A DNA stretch of 64,000 nt from an uncultured delta proteobacterium (GTDB lineage: Bacteria > Desulfobacterota > BSN033 > UBA1163): contig CAWGWZ010000002.1 of the NCBI GenBank assembly GCA_963826305.1, positions 83,412 through 147,411 on the forward strand, read 5' to 3'. Shown piece by piece: positions 35,606 through 44,646 of the stretch. The notes beneath the pieces were generated by a model that saw nothing but the letters and a program-made list of their open reading frames with translations, did not search any database and was not told the origin of the DNA. Positions within the stretch are counted from its first letter, which is position 1; every line of letters begins with the position of its first letter. A program made the position numbers and the translations under genes.

Positions 35606-36658
35606 CTAATTGCGGTTGGGCCTTACCACCACTTTGATCGCTCCCCCGATCCTCTCTCTAAAGGTCTTGAACGCTTCAGAGATATCCGCAAGAGAAAAGG
35701 AATGGGTCACCAGAGACTTGAGATTTACCTTGCCGGACGCTAACAAAGAAACGGCTCTTCCGCAATTTGCCCATCCTTCTCCTCTCACCGTGTGAATCGA
35801 TTTGTTGTCCTTTCCCAACGCAGAGAAATCAGTCTGGACGGGTTCCTCCGGAAATCCCAAAAGCAAAATTTTGCCCATCCGTTTGGCCATGTCAATGGCC
35901 GTTTGAGGGGCTTGGGCAGCCCCAGAAGATTCGATCACGAGGTCCGCTCCAATGCCTTTTGTCTCCTCCCTGATCACTCGAACAGGATCCTCTTGGTGGA
36001 TATCGATGATGCGGTCCGCACCCAAAGTCTCTCCCATTTGAAGCCTGGAGGCCCTGGTCCCGACCAGAATGACTCTTCCTGCGCAGAGTGCTCTCGCTAC
36101 CTCGACCGATATCAATCCCAGGGGACCCGGTCCGATGACCACCACATAATCGCCGACAATATATCCCCCGATCGTTTCAAAACCATAGAGCACACAGCCA
36201 AGATTGGTAATCAAAGAGGCCTCATCAAAACCAACCGAATCAGGGATGGGATAAACGGTATTGACATGGTTGACCACATACTGGGCAAAGCCACCGTTGG
36301 TGGTAAAGCCGTTCGCACGATGGCCTTTTTTCCCATAATTCAAGCACGCCGTATAGTTGCCAAGTCTGCAATTCCTGCAGCGCAGGCACCCCAGATGGGC
36401 TTCGACGGCTACCCGATCTCCGGTCTTGAATTCATCGACGGTCTCGCCGAGGGCAGCAATCGTTCCAGAATATTCATGGCCCGGGATAAAACTTCCGTAG
36501 GGAGGCTGAGCTGGCCACGGTTTTGTCATCAGGCTCACATCGGAGCTGCATACCGCGCAGGCCTCAACCCGGATGAGCACATCCGCTGGCCCCGGCAGCG
36601 GAGTAGCCACCTCTTTAACCTCTAAGACATGAGGGGCCATCAATACCGCTGCCATCAT
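35606..36658 (-). CDS. Zn-dependent dehydrogenase (MDR; threonine/sorbitol dehydrogenase-like)
   Basis: GHEYSGTI, CLRCRNCRLGNYTAC and VIGPGPLGL. The start is taken at MMAAVL (36658); the track ORF extends to 36700. Confidence 0.85.
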   Translation of the reverse strand: MMAAVLMAPHVLEVKEVATPLPGPADVLIRVEACAVCSSDVSLMTKPWPAQPPYGSFIPGHEYSGTIAALGETVDEFKTGDRVAVEAHLGCLRCRNCRLGNYTACLNYGKKGHRANGFTTNGGFAQYVVNHVNTVYPIPDSVGFDEASLITNLGCVLYGFETIGGYIVGDYVVVIGPGPLGLISVEVARALCAGRVILVGTRASRLQMGETLGADRIIDIHQEDPVRVIREETKGIGADLVIESSGAAQAPQTAIDMAKRMGKILLLGFPEEPVQTDFSALGKDNKSIHTVRGEGWANCGRAVSLLASGKVNLKSLVTHSFSLADISEAFKTFRERIGGAIKVVVRPNRN

Positions 36659-36759
36659 CTTTTCTGGGACCTTCAAAGTTCTCCCCGTCGCTAAATACAA
36701 ATCAAAGATTCTTAAAAGTTTCCAAACATATTTCCCCTCCCACGGAGGGAAGGGGAAGT

Positions 36760-37464
36760 TTATGATGACGGTCGATAGAGTATCTTTACGAATTCCTTTT
36801 CAATATCGGCAATGTGTTCTGCCATGGCCCGGCGTGCTCGAGAGACGTCGCCATCCCTGATCGCCTCAAAGATTCGCTGGTGAAAGCCCAATGACCGTTT
36901 GCTGATGGCTGACTTCTCAATCACCATGGCGATGTTGCTTCTGAGCAGATCGCGGACCTTCACAATAAAATCTTCAAGAATTCGATTCTTGGCTGCCTTG
37001 GCAACGCAGAGGTGAAAGTGCTGATTCGAATTAATAAAACCCACTGGGTCGTTTAACCGTTTTTTCATCTGTTGGAAGCTTTTTGCTAAGGCTTTGATGT
37101 CTTCTGCCTCAGCTCGCTTCGCGGCCAACGCGCAGAGCTCAGTTTCGATGATCTTGCGCACTTCGATCATCTCCGCAACATTGAGGTCCTCCTGAGATCT
37201 GGGAAAAGGGATGGAGAGATTTGTCCGCCATTGCATTTCAGGATTCACATAGATTCCTTTGTTCCGCCGTTGCAAATAGCCAAGGTGCACGAGGGCATTG
37301 AGGGCCTCCCTTAACGAACTTCGGCTGACAGTCAGGTGCTCAGCCATCTTTATTTCCGAAGGAAGTCTCTGACCGGGAAAAAATTCACCGGAGTGGATCA
37401 GATCTCGGATCTGCTCGAGGATACCATCGGAGACCAAGATCTTTTCAACAGGTTTCAGAGGCAT
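36760..37464 (-). CDS. GntR-family transcriptional regulator (FadR/FCD subfamily)
   Basis: wHTH segment LPSEIKMAEHLTVSRSSLREALNAL plus a helical FCD-like C-terminus. The start is taken at MPLKPVEK (37464); the upstream extension translates a repeat. Confidence 0.85.
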   Translation of the reverse strand: MPLKPVEKILVSDGILEQIRDLIHSGEFFPGQRLPSEIKMAEHLTVSRSSLREALNALVHLGYLQRRNKGIYVNPEMQWRTNLSIPFPRSQEDLNVAEMIEVRKIIETELCALAAKRAEAEDIKALAKSFQQMKKRLNDPVGFINSNQHFHLCVAKAAKNRILEDFIVKVRDLLRSNIAMVIEKSAISKRSLGFHQRIFEAIRDGDVSRARRAMAEHIADIEKEFVKILYRPSS

Positions 37465-37641
37465 GCGACTCTCGGTACACCAAACTCCAATAGCCAAATC
37501 CCAAATTTCAAACAAATTCCAATTACCAAATATCCAATGACTCAAACATATGTTTAAGACTTTTAACTTTAAGAAGATTTAGTCATTAGAGTTTCGGTCA
37601 TTATTTGGTTATTGGAGCTTGGGATTTGGTCATTTTCAAGA

Positions 37642-38505
37642 TTAGGCTCTGTTGTTAAATTCCCGGTTCGTTGCCTGGATAGAAAATTTCTTAACTTCTT
37701 TCAGAAAGGCTGCCAGGTGTTTGGCACTGTGTTCGAAATATTTGAGCCCCTTCTCCTTGCTCCCCCGGAACGGATTTCCGATGGTGGAGGTATCCGAGTA
37801 TTCATGGTGTTCCATAGGAACCCATGCCTGCTCCGTCTCCATAAATTCCACCATTCCAGAACCATCCTTTTTTGAGAAGGCTGGCCCCATCCACCTTGGG
37901 GCATGGGTCCGATCCTGGACGGCCTGGGACATATCCACACATGTCTCGTCATAGGCGAGACAGGTAGACGTTTCAATCTCTCCGGAATGCCAGCCCGGGG
38001 TTTCCTCTGGGGGACCTTCGATGATACCCCTCAGGGCATTGTACTCTCTCTCTGTTGGCGTCTTGTACCAGCAGGTGAACGCCCCGGTCTCATAACGGAT
38101 GCGGCGAAGGACCTCGTCCACCACCTTCGAATTGGAACCGTGATGGGTGACAAAGACCACTTTGTTAAAACCGTGATAGATGAGGGATTTACCAATATCA
38201 TAAACGACCCGACGGTAAGTCTCTCCGGAAAGAGTGATCGTCCCAGTGCCTTCTCCCTTCCCATGCATGTGGTGAGGTGAATAACCATAGGGAATGATGG
38301 GGGTGTAAATCACGGAAGCCTTCTCACTTGCCCGCTTCACCACTTCCCAGGTGGTCAAGGCGTCGCAGCCCAGAGGAATGTGGGCTCCATGACGCTCCAG
38401 GCTTCCCATGGCAACCATGACCACATCAGATGTCTTCAGATAGTCAGCGACATCCACATAGGTCATATCGTGGAGGTAAAGGGTCTTCCTTTTTGCCATT
38501 GTCAT
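37642..38505 (-). CDS. Creatininase-family amidohydrolase
   Basis: GSLERHGAHIPLGCD and THHGSN resemble the E.HG.HLP..TD and HGGN motifs of the family. Confidence 0.8.
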   Translation of the reverse strand: MTMAKRKTLYLHDMTYVDVADYLKTSDVVMVAMGSLERHGAHIPLGCDALTTWEVVKRASEKASVIYTPIIPYGYSPHHMHGKGEGTGTITLSGETYRRVVYDIGKSLIYHGFNKVVFVTHHGSNSKVVDEVLRRIRYETGAFTCWYKTPTEREYNALRGIIEGPPEETPGWHSGEIETSTCLAYDETCVDMSQAVQDRTHAPRWMGPAFSKKDGSGMVEFMETEQAWVPMEHHEYSDTSTIGNPFRGSKEKGLKYFEHSAKHLAAFLKEVKKFSIQATNREFNNRA

Positions 38506-38543
38506 GCTCCTTTCTGAAACAAACTCTCCTCAACGGGGCTTTC

Positions 38544-39473
38544 TTATTTTAAGAAGCCAGAATTTAAAAGATCCTCCTCTAACTTCTTCCTCTCGTCGCT
38601 CGTTAGGGGTAAAAGAGGAGTCCGGGGAGGGCCGCCATAGAATCCTGCAATATCCATAGCTGCCTTAACCCCTGCGACACCAAATCGCCCTGAGACCCTC
38701 TGATTTAACGTCATCAGTCTGTACTGCTCTGCTTTTGCTTCCTCCAATTTCCCGGCTTTCCAGAGATCATATACCTTGCAGCAGGCCTCCGGAGCAAAGT
38801 TAGCAATGGAGAGGACTCCTCCCACACCGCCCATGACCAAGGCCTCCAGGAAAAAAGTTGCCGATCCGGCCAACAGGTTAAAATCGGGACCTGCGGCCAA
38901 AAGATAAGAAGCAAAATTTCCTTTGGAGCTGTCTTTCATACCAATGATATTTGGATGTTTCGATACCTCACTGATCAAACCGGTACTGAAGGTCACCACT
39001 GCAACCTCTGGGTTGTTATACAGAAGCACCGGAATAGGGGACACGTCGGAAATCAAGCGAAAGTGTCTTAAGAGAATCTGGTCCGTCATCTTTTTTGCGA
39101 AAAAGGAAGGGGCGATCAAGCTTGCAAAATGTGCTCCCATGGCAGCTGCCTCTTTGGTATCCATGATGGACTGTTGGGTCGATTCACGGCCTGTCCCTGC
39201 CATAATCACTTTATCTTTTGCAGACATTTTAATGACCGCTTCCAATACCTTCCGACGTTCTGCCTCAGATAAACTTTTAAATTCCCCATTTGTTCCAAGA
39301 ACCAGATAACCTCTTAATCTGGACGAGTTTAACTTTTTTATATTTTCTTCCAGCCCCTGGTAAGAAATTTCACCCTCCTCGTCAAAGGGAGTCACGATCG
39401 GTGCAAAGACACCTTCCAATTTTTCTCTGTACATCTCCACCTCTTTGCTCTTTTCGGTATGATTGTCTGACAA
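38544..39473 (-). CDS. Dihydrodipicolinate synthase/N-acetylneuraminate lyase family (DapA-like) aldolase
   Basis: GVFAPIVTPF, LGTNGEF, and IIGMKDSS (Schiff-base Lys context). The start may instead be 39434. Confidence 0.88.
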   Translation of the reverse strand: MSDNHTEKSKEVEMYREKLEGVFAPIVTPFDEEGEISYQGLEENIKKLNSSRLRGYLVLGTNGEFKSLSEAERRKVLEAVIKMSAKDKVIMAGTGRESTQQSIMDTKEAAAMGAHFASLIAPSFFAKKMTDQILLRHFRLISDVSPIPVLLYNNPEVAVVTFSTGLISEVSKHPNIIGMKDSSKGNFASYLLAAGPDFNLLAGSATFFLEALVMGGVGGVLSIANFAPEACCKVYDLWKAGKLEEAKAEQYRLMTLNQRVSGRFGVAGVKAAMDIAGFYGGPPRTPLLPLTSDERKKLEEDLLNSGFLK

Positions 39474-39576
39474 TCTACATCTACTATAAAAACATTTGCT
39501 CCGGCTGTCAATAAGAAAACAAAATGTGTAGGCGTCTTCTTTCCCGTGATAGATTCATGAGGCCCATCCGTGCCTT

Positions 39577-39754
39577 AGAAGCAGATAGGCCGGCTGAGAA
39601 AGTTTTAAAGCGGAACCTCTAATGGATTTGACTGGAACGTTCAAAAGCCCTTGGAAAAACATCTATCTCGGTGAATGAGAAGTTACCCCTAAGACTCCAA
39701 ATAACCGCAATTCTAAAACTTTCGAAGCCCGGTCTATCTGCTTCTTTTTTTTTT
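39577..39754 (+). ncRNA. Candidate structured RNA or MITE: ~31-nt imperfect closing stem enclosing ~106 nt, followed by T10
   Basis: The 5' arm AGAAGCAGATAGGCCGGCTGAGAAAGTTTTA (39577-39607) pairs with TAAAACTTTCGAAGCCCGGTCTATCTGCTTCT (39714-39745). A T-run occupies 39745-39754. No ORF is present. Confidence 0.3.
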
Positions 39755-39866
39755 CACGGAACTGGGGAAGCTTCCACAAAATGTCGTCAGGACCACAGGG
39801 GGGATAAATCATGCTCCAGCCAACGCCGTGACCGGCCTAAATGCCGAGTTTCAACTTCCTTCGGTC

Positions 39867-41507
39867 TCAAGGCCGATATCCGAATCGCTCTTCAAAGATC
39901 GGAGCGATCAAATTGTCCACGGGCACGTAATCGTCGGTGAGGATCACGGAGTAGCGTTCCTTCAGATATTCCTGCAACCGCTCTTGAGGCATAACATGGG
40001 CGGTCATTTCGTCCTCCATCCCTTTGACCGCCGTGACGAAATCGTCCATATCTAACCTATAAGGGCTTGCTACCACGACGCTGGTGCTGATCCCGATGCG
40101 GTCATAATCCGAACTGAGAGTAAGGAGATGGACATTCCCTTTGCCAAACACCTCTTCCAAGGTTCGGATATAGGAAGGCATGAAGGCTCCTTTTTTAAAA
40201 CTATCGATCACATTGGCCAGAAGCAATCCGTCTGGTTTGAGAAGCCTTTTCAATTCCATGGCAAATTCTTTTGTGGTCAAGTGGTAGGGTATCGATAGGT
40301 CATTGAAGGCATCTCCAAATATGAAATCATAGCTCCCCTGCTCCTCGCAATTCATCACAAACCAACGGCCATCCTCATTGAGGGAGCGGATTTTTGTATC
40401 CTCCGAAATCCCAAGATATTCTTTCACCACCCGGGTGATCTCCGGGTCAATCTCCACCACATCGATCCCTGCCTTTGGATATTTTGCCTCGAGAAAACGA
40501 GGGAAGGTATATCCCCCTCCGCCCAGGAAGAGGGCTTTAAACGATTCTCGCTTGCTTGCCTGCCATCTCACTATTTCTTCGTAAATCCGAATATATTCAT
40601 ACTCCAGATAGAATGGATCCCTCAAGTCTGTGTAAGAATGAACCAGATGGTCGAGGATCAAGGACTCTAAGGGATTCCCTTCGCTCCCTCTGATGCTCCT
40701 CTTCAACTTGATCGTATAGTAATCGCTTTCCTTAAAGAAATAGGTCTCTTCTTCCAGGGGCGGCTTGAAGGCGTATCCGTAGGCTGTCTTCAAGGATTGA
40801 ACGGGAGAGAGGGGAAGTGATATTTCGTCTGGCCAGATCGCGGCATATCCGTACATTGCGACCAATGGCAGAATAAGAAGGACGAGGAAGAGAAAGATGG
40901 AAAAGAGGACAAGAGATTTTTTTCGACTGAAGAAGCCTCCGAAGACCAGAGCAGAAAGGACGAGAATAATCCCCATGGCCAAAAGGATATGACGAGTCCC
41001 CATCCATGAGATGAGGAAGAATCCGGTGGCGAAGGTACCGAGGATGGAACCAAGGGTGGAGAAGGCATAGATCTTTCCCACGACATTGCCTGTCTTTTCC
41101 AGATTGTTGAGAGTCAGCTTGACGACAACCGGTGAGATCATCCCGAGGAGACAGGAGGGGACGAAAAAGATGATGGTTGTAAGGAGAAGGATTCGGACCA
41201 TCAGACTCGTCTGAAACGGGGCTCCTCCGGCCAGATTGGTTAAGGGCGAAATGGAGAGGGCCCCTAAGCCCGAGAGGAAGAGAAGCCAGCCGAGTGTCGA
41301 GGGCCGAGGATATCGGTCCGCAATCCGTCCACCCAGATAGGCTCCGATGCTGATTCCGGCAAGCACCACACCAATGATGCTCGTCCAGGTATAGAGGGAA
41401 ACCCCTACATAAGGTGCCATCATCCTTCCCGCCACCAGTTCAATGACAAGCGTGCAGAAACTGGCGATAAAGACGACGACATTGGCTTTGATCACTTCTC
41501 TCTGCAT
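39867..41507 (-). CDS. Fused polytopic membrane domain / spermidine synthase-like methyltransferase-fold protein
   Basis: About 7-8 N-terminal TM helices, then LFLGGGGYTFPRF (SAM/dcSAM-binding Gly-rich motif) and DFIFGDAFND. Confidence 0.8.
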   Translation of the reverse strand: MQREVIKANVVVFIASFCTLVIELVAGRMMAPYVGVSLYTWTSIIGVVLAGISIGAYLGGRIADRYPRPSTLGWLLFLSGLGALSISPLTNLAGGAPFQTSLMVRILLLTTIIFFVPSCLLGMISPVVVKLTLNNLEKTGNVVGKIYAFSTLGSILGTFATGFFLISWMGTRHILLAMGIILVLSALVFGGFFSRKKSLVLFSIFLFLVLLILPLVAMYGYAAIWPDEISLPLSPVQSLKTAYGYAFKPPLEEETYFFKESDYYTIKLKRSIRGSEGNPLESLILDHLVHSYTDLRDPFYLEYEYIRIYEEIVRWQASKRESFKALFLGGGGYTFPRFLEAKYPKAGIDVVEIDPEITRVVKEYLGISEDTKIRSLNEDGRWFVMNCEEQGSYDFIFGDAFNDLSIPYHLTTKEFAMELKRLLKPDGLLLANVIDSFKKGAFMPSYIRTLEEVFGKGNVHLLTLSSDYDRIGISTSVVVASPYRLDMDDFVTAVKGMEDEMTAHVMPQERLQEYLKERYSVILTDDYVPVDNLIAPIFEERFGYRP

Positions 41508-41645
41508 GTTGAAACCTCTCTTTGGGATATTAAAAAAGGGGCAAAGACGCCCATCACCTCATTCTTTCCCTTTATGAATTACCCTTTGCCATCGGCGGCG
41601 GATATTCTATAAATTATCGAAAAGAAATTCAAGAAATTTATGACC

Positions 41646-41856
41646 CCCAAATCCCGATTTAGAAACCGAAACCCTTTTCCTATCCGGTCATTGCGAGTCC
41701 CGCTAAAAGCGGGACAAGGTGCATGCCTGCACGCCGAAGTGCAATCCTTCGCCGGAGCGAGGCAGGCGTTTCGGCATGCAGGCGTGGCAATCTCATTGAA
41801 AAAGGCGAGATTGCTTCGGTTCCCTCGCAATGACAATTTCTAAATCGGAATTTGGG
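41646..41856. repeat. Nested-palindrome element: outer 20-bp IR CCCAAATCCCGATTTAGAAA / TTTCTAAATCGGAATTTGGG enclosing core GTCATTGCGAG...CTCGCAATGAC
   Basis: The outer IR matches 19/20. The inner 11-bp IR is perfect (41687-41697 and 41824-41834). An inner GCAATCTC/GAGATTGC hairpin is present. Confidence 0.85.
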
Positions 41857-42320
41857 TGACCCATCCCAATTAGACAGAAGGGTTTGTGCAATCCCTCAGT
41901 CTTCTTTATAACTAACTTACAAATACTGATGCAATTTAATCGTTTGCCCTGGCGGGCCCATCTATTCATAAACCTCGACCTTCGCGCACAATACGGGATT
42001 ATATTTCCAACCTCACGAACCGTAAAATCTTGTAGAATTCATCCTCCATCAGTCCGTACCTAGAATCTACATAGTAGATGAGCCGCAAAATACAGTATTT
42101 TGCTTCATAAAATACAGGGTCTACCTTATTTACTTCTCACATCTTTTTATCGAAAATTGTCCCATAACGGTCGTTCCCGGAGCCTTCTCCAAGGAGAGGA
42201 ACAAGGGCAGGAGGAGCGAACGTTGGTGCCAATGAGGTAGGTGGCCCCACGAAGATGACGAGCAAACGCGGGGAAAAGTTGTGGGAAAACTTTAATCATC
42301 TTATTTCTGAGGAGGTTCTT

Positions 42321-42464
42321 ATGAAGTGCCATCGATGCGGAGGCATTATGATCTACGAGAAGTTCTACGGGATATGTGAACATTTTTTTGGATGGAGATG
42401 CATTTCTTGCGGAGAGATTTTTGACCAGGTGATCTTGGAGAACCGACATAATCAGAAGCGGTAA
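42321..42464 (+). CDS. 47-aa zinc-ribbon micro-protein (MKCHRCGG...CISCGE)
   Basis: RBS GAGGAGG lies 6 nt before the ATG at 42321. Two CxxC pairs are present. The track ORF from 42255 carries an unsupported extension. Confidence 0.5.
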   Translation: MKCHRCGGIMIYEKFYGICEHFFGWRCISCGEIFDQVILENRHNQKR

Positions 42465-42972
42465 TATTCTCGCTTGCCTTGACGATTCAAACCACTGCCC
42501 CTTCTGACATCCGGAACGAAAAGGTCAAGAACTTCCTCTCTTTACAAAAGATTTCAGCTCTCTGCTCTCCACTTCCTCGGGATGACGAATCGTCCTGCCC
42601 GCTCACTCCTTGACGAATTCGTACCCTTTTATTAAGAAGAGCATAAAGATGATGTCTTTGGGTTGATCCTTGACCGGATTATCGGCGAAAATGGAATCCC
42701 TGTCAATTCAAATTTGAGATGGCAATGCAATTCAGACACTATAGAGGTCCGCATTCGTGTAAGGAGGCCGGTTTGGGGTTAGAAGGTTCTCAATGGTGGG
42801 TCAACAAGTCAAAGGCACGACGCTGGGGATTTTAGGAAGGGCGTTTCAAAGTCGGCAGACAGTTTTAATGGAGGCAACGAGAAGAATCGACGATGGCAGA
42901 GCGATTATTCCCTCTATCTTTTACGAGGTAAACGTTGAGCGGTGATCACTGTTGGCGGTAGAGGTAAAACCT

Positions 42973-44646
42973 CTATGGGGGTCGAGGATTCTGCATCAGT
43001 CCGTTCAACTCACGACCGATACGTCGGCATTTGTCTGCGATCTTTTTGCGTGCTTCCTCATGAAGCATCACCACAAATCCGATAAGTTCGAACGGTCTGA
43101 ATAGACCGTAGTAGGTCTGGTAGTAGACAATGATGTGGTTATCGGAAGGCAGAAGCTGTTGACGGATACGAGGGAGCGTCTTTTGGTTCAGCTCCTTGCG
43201 TCCTCGCTTCAGCAGGTAAAGTTGAAGAAGATTATAGGCCAGCATAATAAAGACGACTTGATTGATGACCACGGAGAAGGCACGAGAGGTGAAATGGGTC
43301 AAGTCGCTAAAACACTTGAGCTGACGATACCGCTCTTCCGTCGAGGGACGCAGATGGTACTCCTGCTGGGTCTGGCTTGGATCCCGTACCTCTTTGGTGT
43401 CGATTAAGAACCAGATCTCCTGATGACCATCGGCATAGTGTTCCCGGTTGGCCACCACGGTGAGAGGTACGGTGCAGGAGGACCAACTCCGAAACTCGCC
43501 AATGGCAGCCGCCTCTTTTTTGATCAAGACCTCTTCGGGCGGTGGGGGCGGCTGTTGTTGTTTTAACTGACGGAGTTTCTCCTGCCGCTTTTTTTCTCGT
43601 TTGCGGATGGCCTTGGGCCTGAGGTGAATCGATTCCTTGACCTCCTCTCTCGGCGGTTTGCACTCCACCCACGCAACGTCCGGCTCTTGGAACAGAGCCA
43701 TCGCATCGACATAGAGATCCATGTTTTGACGAATCGGGATGAGAATATCAATGTCGTATTTCTTCTTGCAGACGGAGATCGCCTTCCCATCCAAGAAACC
43801 CCGATCCAGGATGAGTCTCTTCATGACCCCTTTACCCACCGTCTCCACAAACCGTTTCACCAAAGCATAAAGCACAGGAGATTCGTGGTCCTTGCCCGAA
43901 ACCACCTTCACCGCCACAAAGAGGAAGAAGTCCAACGCCCGGTTCGTGTGCAGCAACGTCACCATCTTATAGCACCGCCGCCACTGGCAGCGGATCTTCT
44001 GTCCATCGGTCATCTTGTGGTATTGCCCCTCGGAAACGGGATGATCGTGTTCGTCAAACAGAAGCTTCACGGAGCCTTCATAGCGGGGGTTGTCCGGAAC
44101 AAACAAGTAGGAGGCATCCCCGATGAAAAGGCCTCCTGGATCAAAGGCACGTTGGCGCTGAAACACCCGAACCCCATCCTGCCCAAACCATCTCATCAAG
44201 GCTTGGCCTTCGGTGTCCTTGGCGACCTTGCGCAAATAATCCGGATCACAGGGGGTCTCCCGGTCGTAGTGATTCTTCTGGTTAAACCCCTCACAGAAGA
44301 TCGTCGTCTCCCCTGTCTTAGGATGAACCACCTTGCGGCCCGCCTTGGGCCCAAAGGCCTGAAGCATCCCTCCAGAACGAACCACCAGGGGAAACGCATC
44401 AAAAGCGTGCACCCCGTGAAGCCGCATGGACAGATTGCTGGCTACATAAAACCAGAAGGGCACATCCTCTTTCTTCCGCGGCGTAGGATAACTCTCTGCC
44501 AGTTGATCGAGTATCGCTCGGGCTTTGATGAAACGGAAAAAATCGGCCTCGAACACTTCGCTGGCCGCTTCCATATAGTCAAACTCTCCATTCCCCAGCG
44601 CCTCCAAAACGAAGGGCTTGTTCTCCTCAAAAATCACGAGGTCCAT
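42973..44646 (-). CDS. IS4-family DDE transposase
   Basis: FIGDASY (D), LILDRGF (D), and YHLRPSTEERYRQLK, an exact Y-x2-R-x3-E-x6-K signature; 557 aa. Confidence 0.9.
   Translation of the reverse strand: MDLVIFEENKPFVLEALGNGEFDYMEAASEVFEADFFRFIKARAILDQLAESYPTPRKKEDVPFWFYVASNLSMRLHGVHAFDAFPLVVRSGGMLQAFGPKAGRKVVHPKTGETTIFCEGFNQKNHYDRETPCDPDYLRKVAKDTEGQALMRWFGQDGVRVFQRQRAFDPGGLFIGDASYLFVPDNPRYEGSVKLLFDEHDHPVSEGQYHKMTDGQKIRCQWRRCYKMVTLLHTNRALDFFLFVAVKVVSGKDHESPVLYALVKRFVETVGKGVMKRLILDRGFLDGKAISVCKKKYDIDILIPIRQNMDLYVDAMALFQEPDVAWVECKPPREEVKESIHLRPKAIRKREKKRQEKLRQLKQQQPPPPPEEVLIKKEAAAIGEFRSWSSCTVPLTVVANREHYADGHQEIWFLIDTKEVRDPSQTQQEYHLRPSTEERYRQLKCFSDLTHFTSRAFSVVINQVVFIMLAYNLLQLYLLKRGRKELNQKTLPRIRQQLLPSDNHIIVYYQTYYGLFRPFELIGFVVMLHEEARKKIADKCRRIGRELNGLMQNPRPP

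Noticed and set aside
41579-41843. 85-aa and 67-aa ORFs on opposite strands
   Set aside because: Both lie entirely within the nested-palindrome element. Mirror-image ORFs are expected from the inverted repeats.
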